Source of the DNA: Elusimicrobiota bacterium
GTDB lineage: Bacteria > Elusimicrobiota > Elusimicrobia > UBA1565
Assembly (NCBI GenBank): GCA_043827405.1
Contig: JBDRPD010000083.1
Coordinates: 128,001 to 192,000 of the forward strand
Reading direction: 5' to 3'
DNA: 64,000 bases
A program made the translations under genes and the position numbers. The notes below the pieces were generated by a model, which saw only the letters and a list, made by a program, of their open reading frames with translations, was not told the origin of the DNA and did no database searches. This document shows, in pieces, positions 11,079-19,700 of the stretch (the stretch's first letter is position 1; the number at the start of each line of letters is the position of its first letter).

Positions 11079-13109
11079 GTGCCAACTATGAGTACGCCGA
11101 CCCGCGGCAAACTCGCGTATAAGTTCCTGTTCTGGTTCCTGCTCATTTCCCTCGCGCCCATGGGGGTGGTGGGGTGGCATCTGGTCGACATTTCCCAGAA
11201 CGTCCTCAAGGATGAGTCCCTGCGCAACCAGGAGTCTCTGGCTATCGGCTTCGCCGATACCGCCAACAACTACATCACTACGTTCAAGAACGTGCTGGCG
11301 GTGGCTTCGCGGTTGGAAGGCTTTTCGGGTATGGACTCGGTCCATCAGGAACGCCATCTCAAGCGTGTCATGCAGCAGCATCCGGCGTTTTTGGAGCTCT
11401 CGGTTTTCGATAATGCGGGACAGGAGCTGGTGCGGCTGGGCCGCTTCATCCCCAGCAAGCCGGAGATGCGGAACTTCAATGATAGTCCGCCGTTCCGGCT
11501 GGCGCTCAAGCACGGCGAGTACACCGGCTCGCTGGTGCGGCTGCGGGGGCTTTACCCCACGCTGACCATCGCGGTGGCGATCGTCGACGCGGGAACCCAG
11601 GGCGCCGACCGCAAAGGCGTCCTGATCGGCAAGGTGAGCCTTAATGCCTTGACGCAAATGCTGCACCAGGAATTCCCCAAGGAGGGGCGCAGCCAGGCCG
11701 CCGTCGTCGCGCCGGAGGTCCAGGGGAGTTTTCTCGTCGCGCACTCCGACCCGAGCAAGGTCTTCCGCGTCGATGCGGCACTGCCCGATGAGATTCTCAA
11801 GGTCATCTTGACGCAGAGCGACAAGAAGGGCGGCGGCCGCATTGAGCTTAAAGACAAGACCAGCGTACTCGGCGCTTTTGCCGAGGTCAAGGGCGTTAAT
11901 TGGATCGTCTATGTTCAGCAGCCCATCGAGACGGCCTATTTGGCGGCCACCCAGATGCGCCGGCAGATCGCCAAGGTATTCGTGTGGGTGGTGGTGGTGA
12001 CGCTGCTGCTTTCTTTGGCCGTTGCCGGCCATATCACGCAGCCGATCCGGGCGCTGAAAAAAGCGGCCGATCAGATCACGACGGGCGACTTTGAAGACCT
12101 GCCCGAGATGACGATGACCAATGATGAGATCGGCGACCTGGCGCAATCTTTTCTGCAAATGAGCGATTCCCTCAAGGAGAAGACGGGTGAGCTGATGCAT
12201 GCGAAGGAGGAGCTGGAGAAGTTTACCCGGTTCCTGGAGAAGCGTGTCGAGGCGCGCACGCGTGAGCTTCGTGCGGCGCAGGATGAGCTCATTAAAAAGG
12301 AGCGGCTGGCGGCTATCGGACAGATGGCCTCGGTCGTCGGCCACGAGATTCGCAACCCGTTGGCCGTTATTAATAATTCGATTTTTTTCATTAAGGCCAA
12401 GCTGGCCAAAGAGGGGGAAAGCGATCCCAAGGTGGCGCGCCACATATCGATTATCCAGTCCGAGGTTAAGCAGGCCAACGGCATTATCGATGAGATCTTG
12501 ACCTACTCCCGCTCGCGCGAATTCAAGCCGGAGCGGGCATCGCTCAACGCTTTCCTCGAAGACTTGATATCGATCTACCCCTATCCGCCGCACGTCGAGG
12601 TGATCAAGCAGTTCGATCCGCGCAATCCCATGGTCCAGATCGACCCCGACGAACTGCGTCAGGCCTGCCGCAACCTGATCGGCAACGGCGTCGAAGTCAT
12701 GCCCAAGTCGGGCTACTCCAGTGTGAAGACCGAGATCGTCGATGAGAATTGGGTGCGGTTGGATATCGGGGATACGGGACCGGGTATTCCGCAGGACGTG
12801 CTGGATAAGATCTTTACCGCCTTCTTCACGACCAAGGCTCGCGGTACCGGACTCGGTCTTGCGGTTGTGCGCAAAGTCATCGACCGCCACCGCGGCAAGG
12901 TGGATGTGCGGACAGCCAAGGGGCAGGGGACGACATTCAGCGTCTTTCTGCCGCTGGACAAGACCCCCGAGGACGCGGCCGGCGCGCCGGCGGCTCCGGC
13001 GCAGGCGGCGCCGTTGTCGCCGCTGCCTCCCCCGCCCACCTCGCAGGATGCCAACCCTCCTCAGACGGCCATTCGTCCGGTCGATCCGAACATCGTCGGC
13101 AAAGGCTGA
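11079..13109 (+). CDS. Membrane sensor histidine kinase (Cache-like, HAMP, HisKA, HATPase); start may be the ATG at 11088
   Basis: Two TMs; DEIGDLA; VGHEIRNPL; DTGPGI; FFTTKARGTGLGL. Confidence 0.93.
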   Translation: MPTMSTPTRGKLAYKFLFWFLLISLAPMGVVGWHLVDISQNVLKDESLRNQESLAIGFADTANNYITTFKNVLAVASRLEGFSGMDSVHQERHLKRVMQQHPAFLELSVFDNAGQELVRLGRFIPSKPEMRNFNDSPPFRLALKHGEYTGSLVRLRGLYPTLTIAVAIVDAGTQGADRKGVLIGKVSLNALTQMLHQEFPKEGRSQAAVVAPEVQGSFLVAHSDPSKVFRVDAALPDEILKVILTQSDKKGGGRIELKDKTSVLGAFAEVKGVNWIVYVQQPIETAYLAATQMRRQIAKVFVWVVVVTLLLSLAVAGHITQPIRALKKAADQITTGDFEDLPEMTMTNDEIGDLAQSFLQMSDSLKEKTGELMHAKEELEKFTRFLEKRVEARTRELRAAQDELIKKERLAAIGQMASVVGHEIRNPLAVINNSIFFIKAKLAKEGESDPKVARHISIIQSEVKQANGIIDEILTYSRSREFKPERASLNAFLEDLISIYPYPPHVEVIKQFDPRNPMVQIDPDELRQACRNLIGNGVEVMPKSGYSSVKTEIVDENWVRLDIGDTGPGIPQDVLDKIFTAFFTTKARGTGLGLAVVRKVIDRHRGKVDVRTAKGQGTTFSVFLPLDKTPEDAAGAPAAPAQAAPLSPLPPPPTSQDANPPQTAIRPVDPNIVGKG

Positions 13110-13171
13110 TAAGCCGTCCATCGTCAGCGCGCCGGGTCGAAATACCGTTGTTTTTTTGTACGATAGGCTCA

Positions 13172-14290
13172 ATGGCAGCCCATATCCTTGTTTGCGACGA
13201 TGATGCGAATCTGCGCGAAAGCATCCGCGACAACCTCGAGCTCGACGGCTACGAGGTCGTCGAGGCGGGCATGGGCGGCGACGCGGTCGCCGCCGTCACG
13301 AAGCAGTCCTTCGATGTTATACTGATGGACTATAATCTCCCCGATATGACGGGGATCGACGCCATTCACAAGATTCGGGAGATCAACACCGAGAGTCAGA
13401 TTCTTATGTTGACGGCCCATGCTTCTTTAGATACGGCGCTTAAGGCGATCCAGGAGGCGGTCTACGATTTCCTGGTTAAGCCCGTCGATTTCGACCACCT
13501 CAAGCGCGTCATCGCGAAGAGCGTGGATCGGCTGGCACTGCAGCAGGAAAACAGGCGCCTCGTCGATGATCTGCGGAAGGCCAACGAGCAGATGCTGTAT
13601 CTGTCCAATATGAAGTCGAAGTTCCTGTCGATGGCTTCCCATGATTTGTCCAATGTGTTAATGACGCTGCAGGTCTCCTTTGAGATGCTGTCGGGGTCGA
13701 TGACTCCCGACGGAGAGCAGAAAAAGCGCATGGGCTATATCTCCAACGGGCTCGCCCAGTTGGCGCGCCTGATTGAGGACCTTGTCGACTGGGCGTCGAT
13801 CGAGCAGGGCAAGTTCCGCCTTGAGCGTGAGCCCCATGCCCCCGGCAGCATCGTCACCGACGCGGTCGGCGCGATCTCGGCGCGTGCGGCGCAGCGCGGG
13901 GTCAATATCAGTCATGAGGTCGAGAAGGACCTGCCGAAAATCAATGTCGACAAGAGGCGCTTGTCGCAGGTTCTGGGCAATCTCCTGGAGAACGCCCTGC
14001 GTCATACGCAGAAAAAGGGATCGGTGCGGGTTTGTGTGGCCCGCAACAAGAGGGGACTGTTATTTAGCGTGCAGGACTCGGGCGAAGGCATCGAGCCCCA
14101 GGACCTGAAGAGGATTTTTGAGAGTTTTTATCAGTCCTCGGGGAAGGGATCGCAGGGCCGGTTGGGCTTGGGCCTGTCGATTTCTCGTGAGATCATCCAT
14201 AGCCATGGCGGGGAGATATGGGTGGAATCCAAAGGCCACGGCAAGGGCGCCTCGTTTTTGTTTACGATCCCTGAGGCCGCAAAGTCGTAG
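13172..14290 (+). CDS. Cytoplasmic hybrid receiver-histidine kinase
   Basis: ILVCDDD...LMDYNLPD...KP; ASHDLSN H-box; NLLENA, DSGEGI, GLGLSIS; start taken as the ATG at 13172. Confidence 0.9.
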   Translation: MAAHILVCDDDANLRESIRDNLELDGYEVVEAGMGGDAVAAVTKQSFDVILMDYNLPDMTGIDAIHKIREINTESQILMLTAHASLDTALKAIQEAVYDFLVKPVDFDHLKRVIAKSVDRLALQQENRRLVDDLRKANEQMLYLSNMKSKFLSMASHDLSNVLMTLQVSFEMLSGSMTPDGEQKKRMGYISNGLAQLARLIEDLVDWASIEQGKFRLEREPHAPGSIVTDAVGAISARAAQRGVNISHEVEKDLPKINVDKRRLSQVLGNLLENALRHTQKKGSVRVCVARNKRGLLFSVQDSGEGIEPQDLKRIFESFYQSSGKGSQGRLGLGLSISREIIHSHGGEIWVESKGHGKGASFLFTIPEAAKS

Positions 14291-14340
14291 CGATCAAGAC
14301 GTTGTCGGCGCATAGATTCACGAGCGTTCCAGGAGGGACG

Positions 14341-15042
14341 ATGGCTGCTGCAAAGGCAAAGGCAAAGATTAAAATTAAGGCGAAGAAGCTGACGGTGCTG
14401 ATCGCGGACGATCAAACGCTGTTTCGCGAGGGAATCAAGGATCTGCTGGAGAATGAAAAATCCATCACCGTCGTCGGGGAAGCTGCGGACGGGCTGGAGG
14501 CTGTCGCGCTCGCTAAAAAGCTCAAACCCAACGTCGTGCTGATGGATATCAAGCTGCCGAAGCTGGACGGCGTGTCCGCGACGCGGAAGGTGCGTGAGGA
14601 ATGTCCCGACACCAATGTCCTGATCTTGTCGTCTTATGAGGATGAGGCGCATGTCATGGAGTCGGTGCAGGCGGGCGCGAACGGCTATCTGTCCAAGATG
14701 CTCCCCGCCGCGGAGCTGGTCAACGCGCTAAAGACCTTCGCCAATGAGGGTTTGATGATCCCACAGCCTGTTATGGGCAAGCTGCTTGAGGGCCTGCGGT
14801 CCATGTCCTCTTCGACCGCGGAGGCGACTTTGGTGGCGCTGACCAAGACGGAGATCCGGGTGCTCGCGCTGCTGGGCAGGGGTAATGCCAATAAAGAGAT
14901 CGCGGCAGGTCTCGGCTGCAGCGTCAAGACCATCAAGAACCATCTTAACAGCATCTTTCAGAAGCTGGACGTGAGCAACCGGACCGAGGCCGTGGTCAAG
15001 GCCATCGAGATCGGCATGATATCGCCCGAGGACAGCGACTAG
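14341..15042 (+). CDS. NarL/LuxR-family response regulator
   Basis: IADDQTLFREG, LMDIKLP; LuxR HTH NKEIA...TIKNHLNSIFQKLDVSNRTEA; GGAGG SD before ATG 14341. Confidence 0.93.
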   Translation: MAAAKAKAKIKIKAKKLTVLIADDQTLFREGIKDLLENEKSITVVGEAADGLEAVALAKKLKPNVVLMDIKLPKLDGVSATRKVREECPDTNVLILSSYEDEAHVMESVQAGANGYLSKMLPAAELVNALKTFANEGLMIPQPVMGKLLEGLRSMSSSTAEATLVALTKTEIRVLALLGRGNANKEIAAGLGCSVKTIKNHLNSIFQKLDVSNRTEAVVKAIEIGMISPEDSD

Positions 15043-15069
15043 GCTTCCCGCCGGACGATAAGGCGACAT

Positions 15070-15109
15070 GGCCCCGCTCCCCGGAAGGGGGAGCGGGGCC
15101 TTGCTTTTT
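15070..15109 (+). terminator. Intrinsic terminator after the signalling cluster
   Basis: 13-bp stem GGCCCCGCTCCCC/GGGGAGCGGGGCC followed by TTGCTTTTT. Confidence 0.8.
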
Positions 15110-15135
15110 CCGGATATTGAGTGCTAGAATAATTT

Positions 15136-15285
15136 GCCGAGACGGCAGCCGGACCCTAAGTTCTTAAGTCTGGCACCGGCGAGCGAAAAGAGGGTAAAGA
15201 TTTTCGACAATCCCTAAAGACGAACTCCCTAAACGTCTAAAGTGCGGCACCGGAGCCCTCGTATCGCGGGCTCCGGTGTTATTTT
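15136..15285 (+). ncRNA. Candidate small non-coding RNA of unknown family
   Basis: Extended -10 TGcTAGAAT (15122-15130); several hairpins; no ATG on the + strand; ends in an 11-bp stem plus TTATTTT. Confidence 0.45.
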
Positions 15286-15286
15286 A
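15248..15286 (+). terminator. Intrinsic terminator closing the candidate sRNA
   Basis: CACCGGAGCCC/GGGCTCCGGTG stem followed by TTATTTTA. Confidence 0.7.
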
Positions 15287-15310
15287 TGGCGGAATTTGGT
15301 CCCAAATCCG

Positions 15311-15349
15311 TAGGCCTAAAGGCCAACAAAAAATAGGACCAAGGGCCTA
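15311..15349. promoter_or_regulatory. Two copies of the TRGGNCC-NN-GGNCCYA-like palindrome (putative operator)
   Basis: TAGGCCTAAAGGCCAA (15311-15326) and TAGGACCAAGGGCCTA (15334-15349), upstream of TATAAT at 15372. Confidence 0.55.
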
Positions 15350-15383
15350 TGTGGGCGATTTGGGGCTGGGTTATAATACCGGG

Positions 15384-16610
15384 GTGAGACGTGCTCTCCT
15401 GATACTAGGTCTATCAGTATTGGCGGCGGGACCCCTGTATGCCGCGAATCCCACGATGGAGGATGATTTTACGTCCATCGTGGGCTGGTTGACCGCGCAG
15501 ACGGCGCAGGGCTTGGCGTTCAACTCCGGCTCGACCTTTGATCCGCCCAACGAGATGCGGGCTTGGCGTATTCAGCCGGACTTCAGTTTGGGCCTCGGCT
15601 TGATGCCGTTCGACAAGAACGCTTTCCCTCAGATGCAGGTCGAGGCCCTGGCAGAGAAGGGGCTGAAAGACGACATGCCCAGCAAGGTCCTGTTCCCTAA
15701 CTTGACGTTTCATTCCCGCATGGGGCTGCCCTGGCGTATGGATATGGGCATTCGGCTCGTTAATATGACGGTCCCCAAAAACTATCGCCTGTCGGAAACC
15801 ATGGTCGGCAACGGCCAGAGCAATACCATGGGCATCGGCTTGCGCAAGCACTTCTTCGGCCGCGGGATGCCGCTGCTGACGGTTTCGGGAGCGTATAACC
15901 GGGTATTCGGCTACTTCAATTTCAAAACCCGTTTCAATGATATGGAACTGGTGCCGAACGTATTAACGGCCAGCAGCAATGTGTTCGGTCAGATGGACTG
16001 GAACGTGACGAGCATCGGCGTCAATTTTGTCGTCAGCCAGGTGTACGGCAAGTGGACGCCGTTTATCGGCGCCGGCTACAATCGGATTTCGGGCATCGTG
16101 GACGGACGTATGGAGGCGGTCTGGGAGACGCCGCTGATCGCCACTACGGTCGGCCGGGCGAGCGGTCGCCCGGAGCCCCATAACACCCGCTTGCTTCTCG
16201 GCTTTCAACGCGACGGCTCGTTTTTTAGCCTATTCGTCAACGGCGAGCTCAAGACCAGCGGCGTGCATGCCGGCCGGTCCTATATCGTGTCTACCGGGCT
16301 GGCGGCGCCGTTTCGTATCGGGGCCAGAAGCAGCGTTGTGCGTTATGGGCGCAATAAGCCCAAGGGCTACGCGTCGCTTCCCGAGCCGTCGCGCTTTACG
16401 TCGAGCAGCCGGGCGCGCCGTAAGAAGAGCCGCGGGGACGACCGCGTCTCTCACCGCAAGAGCCGGCTGGAGCGGTACTGGAACTGGGGCCGCAACCGCG
16501 ATATGCGCAAAGCCAAGGCCGCGGCCGAGCAGGCGCCGAAGAAATCGAAGAGCGCCAAGCGCGCCAAGCGTGCTCGTCGAGAGCCTCCCGAGCTGATCTT
16601 CATCTACTAA
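15384..16610 (+). CDS. Exported protein, probable outer-membrane beta-barrel, with a basic C-terminal tail (start reassigned to GTG 15384)
   Basis: Signal peptide RRALLILGLSVLAAGPLYA; alternating amphipathic strands (TPFIGAGYN); C-terminal aromatic residue. Confidence 0.6.
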   Translation: MRRALLILGLSVLAAGPLYAANPTMEDDFTSIVGWLTAQTAQGLAFNSGSTFDPPNEMRAWRIQPDFSLGLGLMPFDKNAFPQMQVEALAEKGLKDDMPSKVLFPNLTFHSRMGLPWRMDMGIRLVNMTVPKNYRLSETMVGNGQSNTMGIGLRKHFFGRGMPLLTVSGAYNRVFGYFNFKTRFNDMELVPNVLTASSNVFGQMDWNVTSIGVNFVVSQVYGKWTPFIGAGYNRISGIVDGRMEAVWETPLIATTVGRASGRPEPHNTRLLLGFQRDGSFFSLFVNGELKTSGVHAGRSYIVSTGLAAPFRIGARSSVVRYGRNKPKGYASLPEPSRFTSSSRARRKKSRGDDRVSHRKSRLERYWNWGRNRDMRKAKAAAEQAPKKSKSAKRAKRARREPPELIFIY

Positions 16611-16633
16611 ACTCCCAGTTGACGGCACGGTTC

Positions 16634-16649
16634 TGGGACGATGGGCCCA
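16634..16649. promoter_or_regulatory. Copy of the palindromic motif upstream of the giant protease
   Basis: TGGGACGATGGGCCCA. Confidence 0.5.
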
Positions 16650-16740
16650 CCATATGGAGGGCCTTTTTCTTTTGCAAAAATCCCTAAAAGACCCATCCGC
16701 TCCCGAGGTTCTGCGGCTACCATCTATAGTAGGAGCACCT

Positions 16741-19700
16741 GTGAGAAGATACTGTGCCGTCATCCTGTCGGCGTCGTTGATCCTGGCCGCTCCCGGCCCG
16801 GGGAGCTGGGCGAGCGCCGCCCAGGTGGTGATACCGAAGACCGGAGCCGCGCCCGTGGTTTCGGGAGGCGTCGCGGTGCCGGTCGGGGCACAGTTTGCTT
16901 CGGGCATGCAGGCGGGCTTTAGCGCCGCTCCCGCGCTCTCCTTGGGCGTTTTGCCCGGGATGGACAGGACGCCTTCTCAGGGTGCCGTCTTTCAGCTTCC
17001 GGTTTCCCTCACGCTTCCCGTTTCCCCCGCGCTGCGGCGCAGTCATCAGGGCCTTTCCGGCGTAACCGGCGTCCCGGGTGTTATGCCCGTTCAGCCCGGC
17101 ACGCATATGGGGGATGCGCAGAAGACCGGCCGGCTGCGGCAGGCTTCACCCTACGCGGCCCAGCCATCGCGCGGCGCCTTTAAGAATACCTTGCTGCAGT
17201 CGCTGCGGCTGCCCTCGCGTCTGAAGGATAGTTCACAGATGAGCGGGGAGGAGTTGTCGCGGACTGCTGAACACGATTTCCGCCTGCATGCCGGCGCCGG
17301 TGCGGGCGGCGGTTCCGGCGCCGTCAGCGCGACGCCGTATAAAGGAAGCGCGGTTTTCGCAGCTCCTTCCGGCGCGGGGCACACCGCGGTTCCCGGCGAA
17401 GCATCGGGCATCCGTCAGGGCTGGCAGGCGCTCGCCAAGCTCTTCGCGCGCAGCGGACCGGCGGGGCTCCCTTCCGGAGTGCTGAAGCTGCACACTCCCG
17501 ACGGACCGGTTAAATCCATGAATATCCGCTCTGTCGCGGGAAGAGCTCCCGGTTCGGCGGGCGGGAGCGCGGTCCTGAAAAACAGCGCGGTCGCCGAAAA
17601 GAACACTGTTTCCGACGTCTCTGCGGAGGCAATCGTGCCGGGCGGAAAAGCGGCGCCGGCTATGTCCGGATCCAGCGGAGTTAAGCCGGCGGCGGCGATT
17701 GAGAAATCTTTTTCCGTAGAGAACGGCTCGGAGTCCGGCGCGCCGGTACGCGAATATCGCTCGGCCTATTTCCCGCTGACCGTCGCCATGGTTTCGGCGG
17801 CGGTGCTGGGGCTCGCCCTCGGCCTGCCGGCGCTGCTGCAGACGATCGCTCCCGCTCTGCTGCCGAGCGCCGCTCTGCAGTCGCTGTCGGCATCGGCCGG
17901 CGTCGAATTCTTCGGCGCGGCCCTGCGTGCCGCCGTGGACGTCATCGCGGCGACGACCGCGCTGAGCGCCGCGTATGCGCTGTGGGAGGCGTTCACTTTC
18001 GCGCTGGGCGTCGCGGTGCGCAAGCCGGTATCCGACCAGGAATTCTGGAGCTTTATCCGCCAGGAGCTTAAGGGCTGGGACCTGCATCCCAGCGTCCGGG
18101 AAAGCCTGTTGGGGACGGGGCCGGGGCGCGGGATGCTCAAGCCTTATCGACCGCCGGGACGCTTCGGCGGTCTGGCCTACGGCTTTACGGCGGGCGGGGC
18201 GATCTACCTGCGGCCGGAGATGATCCGGACGCCGTGGCTGTTCCGCTGGGTGCTCAAGCATGAGCTGGTGCACCTTAACAGGCATTTCTCCCGCGGCCCG
18301 CCGGAGCGGTTAACCGGGCTGCATCGGATCTCCCGCTTTTTTGTTTCGGAACTCGGTGCGCGATTCGGGGAATGGCGCTCGATTCGCAAGCTGCGCAGCC
18401 TGCGCATCCCGGTTCTGCACCGCGTCCTGAGCGCCGCGCGGCTTTCGCTCAAACGCAGCAAGCCTTATGACATGCTCATCGTTCATCCGGGCCACCATGA
18501 ATCCCGCAACTCCAAGACCTATGCCGAGCTTTCCGGGGGGCTGGCGAATGTCGTCGAGCTCTATACCAAGGATCAGAGCGACAAGGCGGCGCTGCAGATT
18601 AAAAATGACGCTTTCGCGCCCGATGTCGAGGCCGGCATCCAGCGCCTGTCGAGCGGCGACCGGACGCCGGATGGGAAGCGCGTTCGGGATTATTTGCAGC
18701 GCGAGGAGAACGACAGCCGGTTCCGCCTGATCGTCTATCCGCAGTCTTTCGGCGCCCTGCCCGCAGCCGCCTCCAATGACGGCCGCAAGCTGCGCCGCGC
18801 TCTGCAGCGTCTCGACCGGGTGTATATGCTGTCGCGGCAGATGCCGCTTCTGCAGCGCATCGAGACGGTCCCGACTCGGCGGATCGGGCAGATCGAACGG
18901 CTGATCAATTCGCTCGGCATTGCCTGGAAGCCGGGAATGAGCCCCGAGCATCTCGAACAGCTGATCAACGAAATGTATTACCGTGCGTCCCGCGACGTCA
19001 TGAGCGACGACGCCTTCGTGCAGACTTTGGAGAGCGTCTATGATGCGCTGCATCATCGGGGCTCTCTGCTGCTGCCCTTCGCGCCGGGCGAGCCGGGACT
19101 CGATATGGTCGAGCGGGTCATGCGGTACTGGCGAGCGGAGGACGGGGGACGCTTTAATGTTATGCGCGTCGACCTGCCCGAAGGCGGGCATGTCCTCGTC
19201 GCGCGCAAGAGCGAGCCGCGGGTCGATTTGTGGCTGCGGCCGGCGGCGGATAAGGCGATAAAGAAGTCGGTGACGAATGTGAACACGGCGCGCAATCAGA
19301 CGCCCAGCCCCGAGGATATCCTGCGCGAAGCCGGCTTCAACGATGCGGACCTTGAGCGTTTTAAGAACGCGGACATGGAGGTGCGGCACGTTTTCGGCGC
19401 CGATGTCGGCGATAACCGCATTTACGTCAATGTCCGCCGCAGCCATGCGCAGCTGCTCAAGCAGTATGCGGTGGAGGCCGGCATCCAGTTCCAGAGCTCT
19501 GAGCGTTTCGCCCTGCATCTGGTGGAGAGCGGCCCGCTGCAGAAAGCGGATAAGGTGTGGAAGCTGGGCTTTACCGGCGCGGGCGGGCGCATCTACGATA
19601 TCGACACCGGGCTTGATACGAGCCATCCGGATTTTGCGGACCGGCACATGGAATCGGTGGACTTCGTCGATGAAGGTCCGGAAGACTGGATCGGGCACGG

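Noticed and set aside
15118..15128. GAGTGCTAG resembling a CIRCE half-site
   Set aside because: No TTAGCACTC left arm 9 bp upstream and no heat-shock gene; better explained as an extended -10
15136..15285. c-di-GMP-I riboswitch or telomere-like (CCCTAA) interpretation
   Set aside because: The GGCAAAC...GGACGCAAAGC core is missing, and the CCCTAA copies are dispersed rather than tandem
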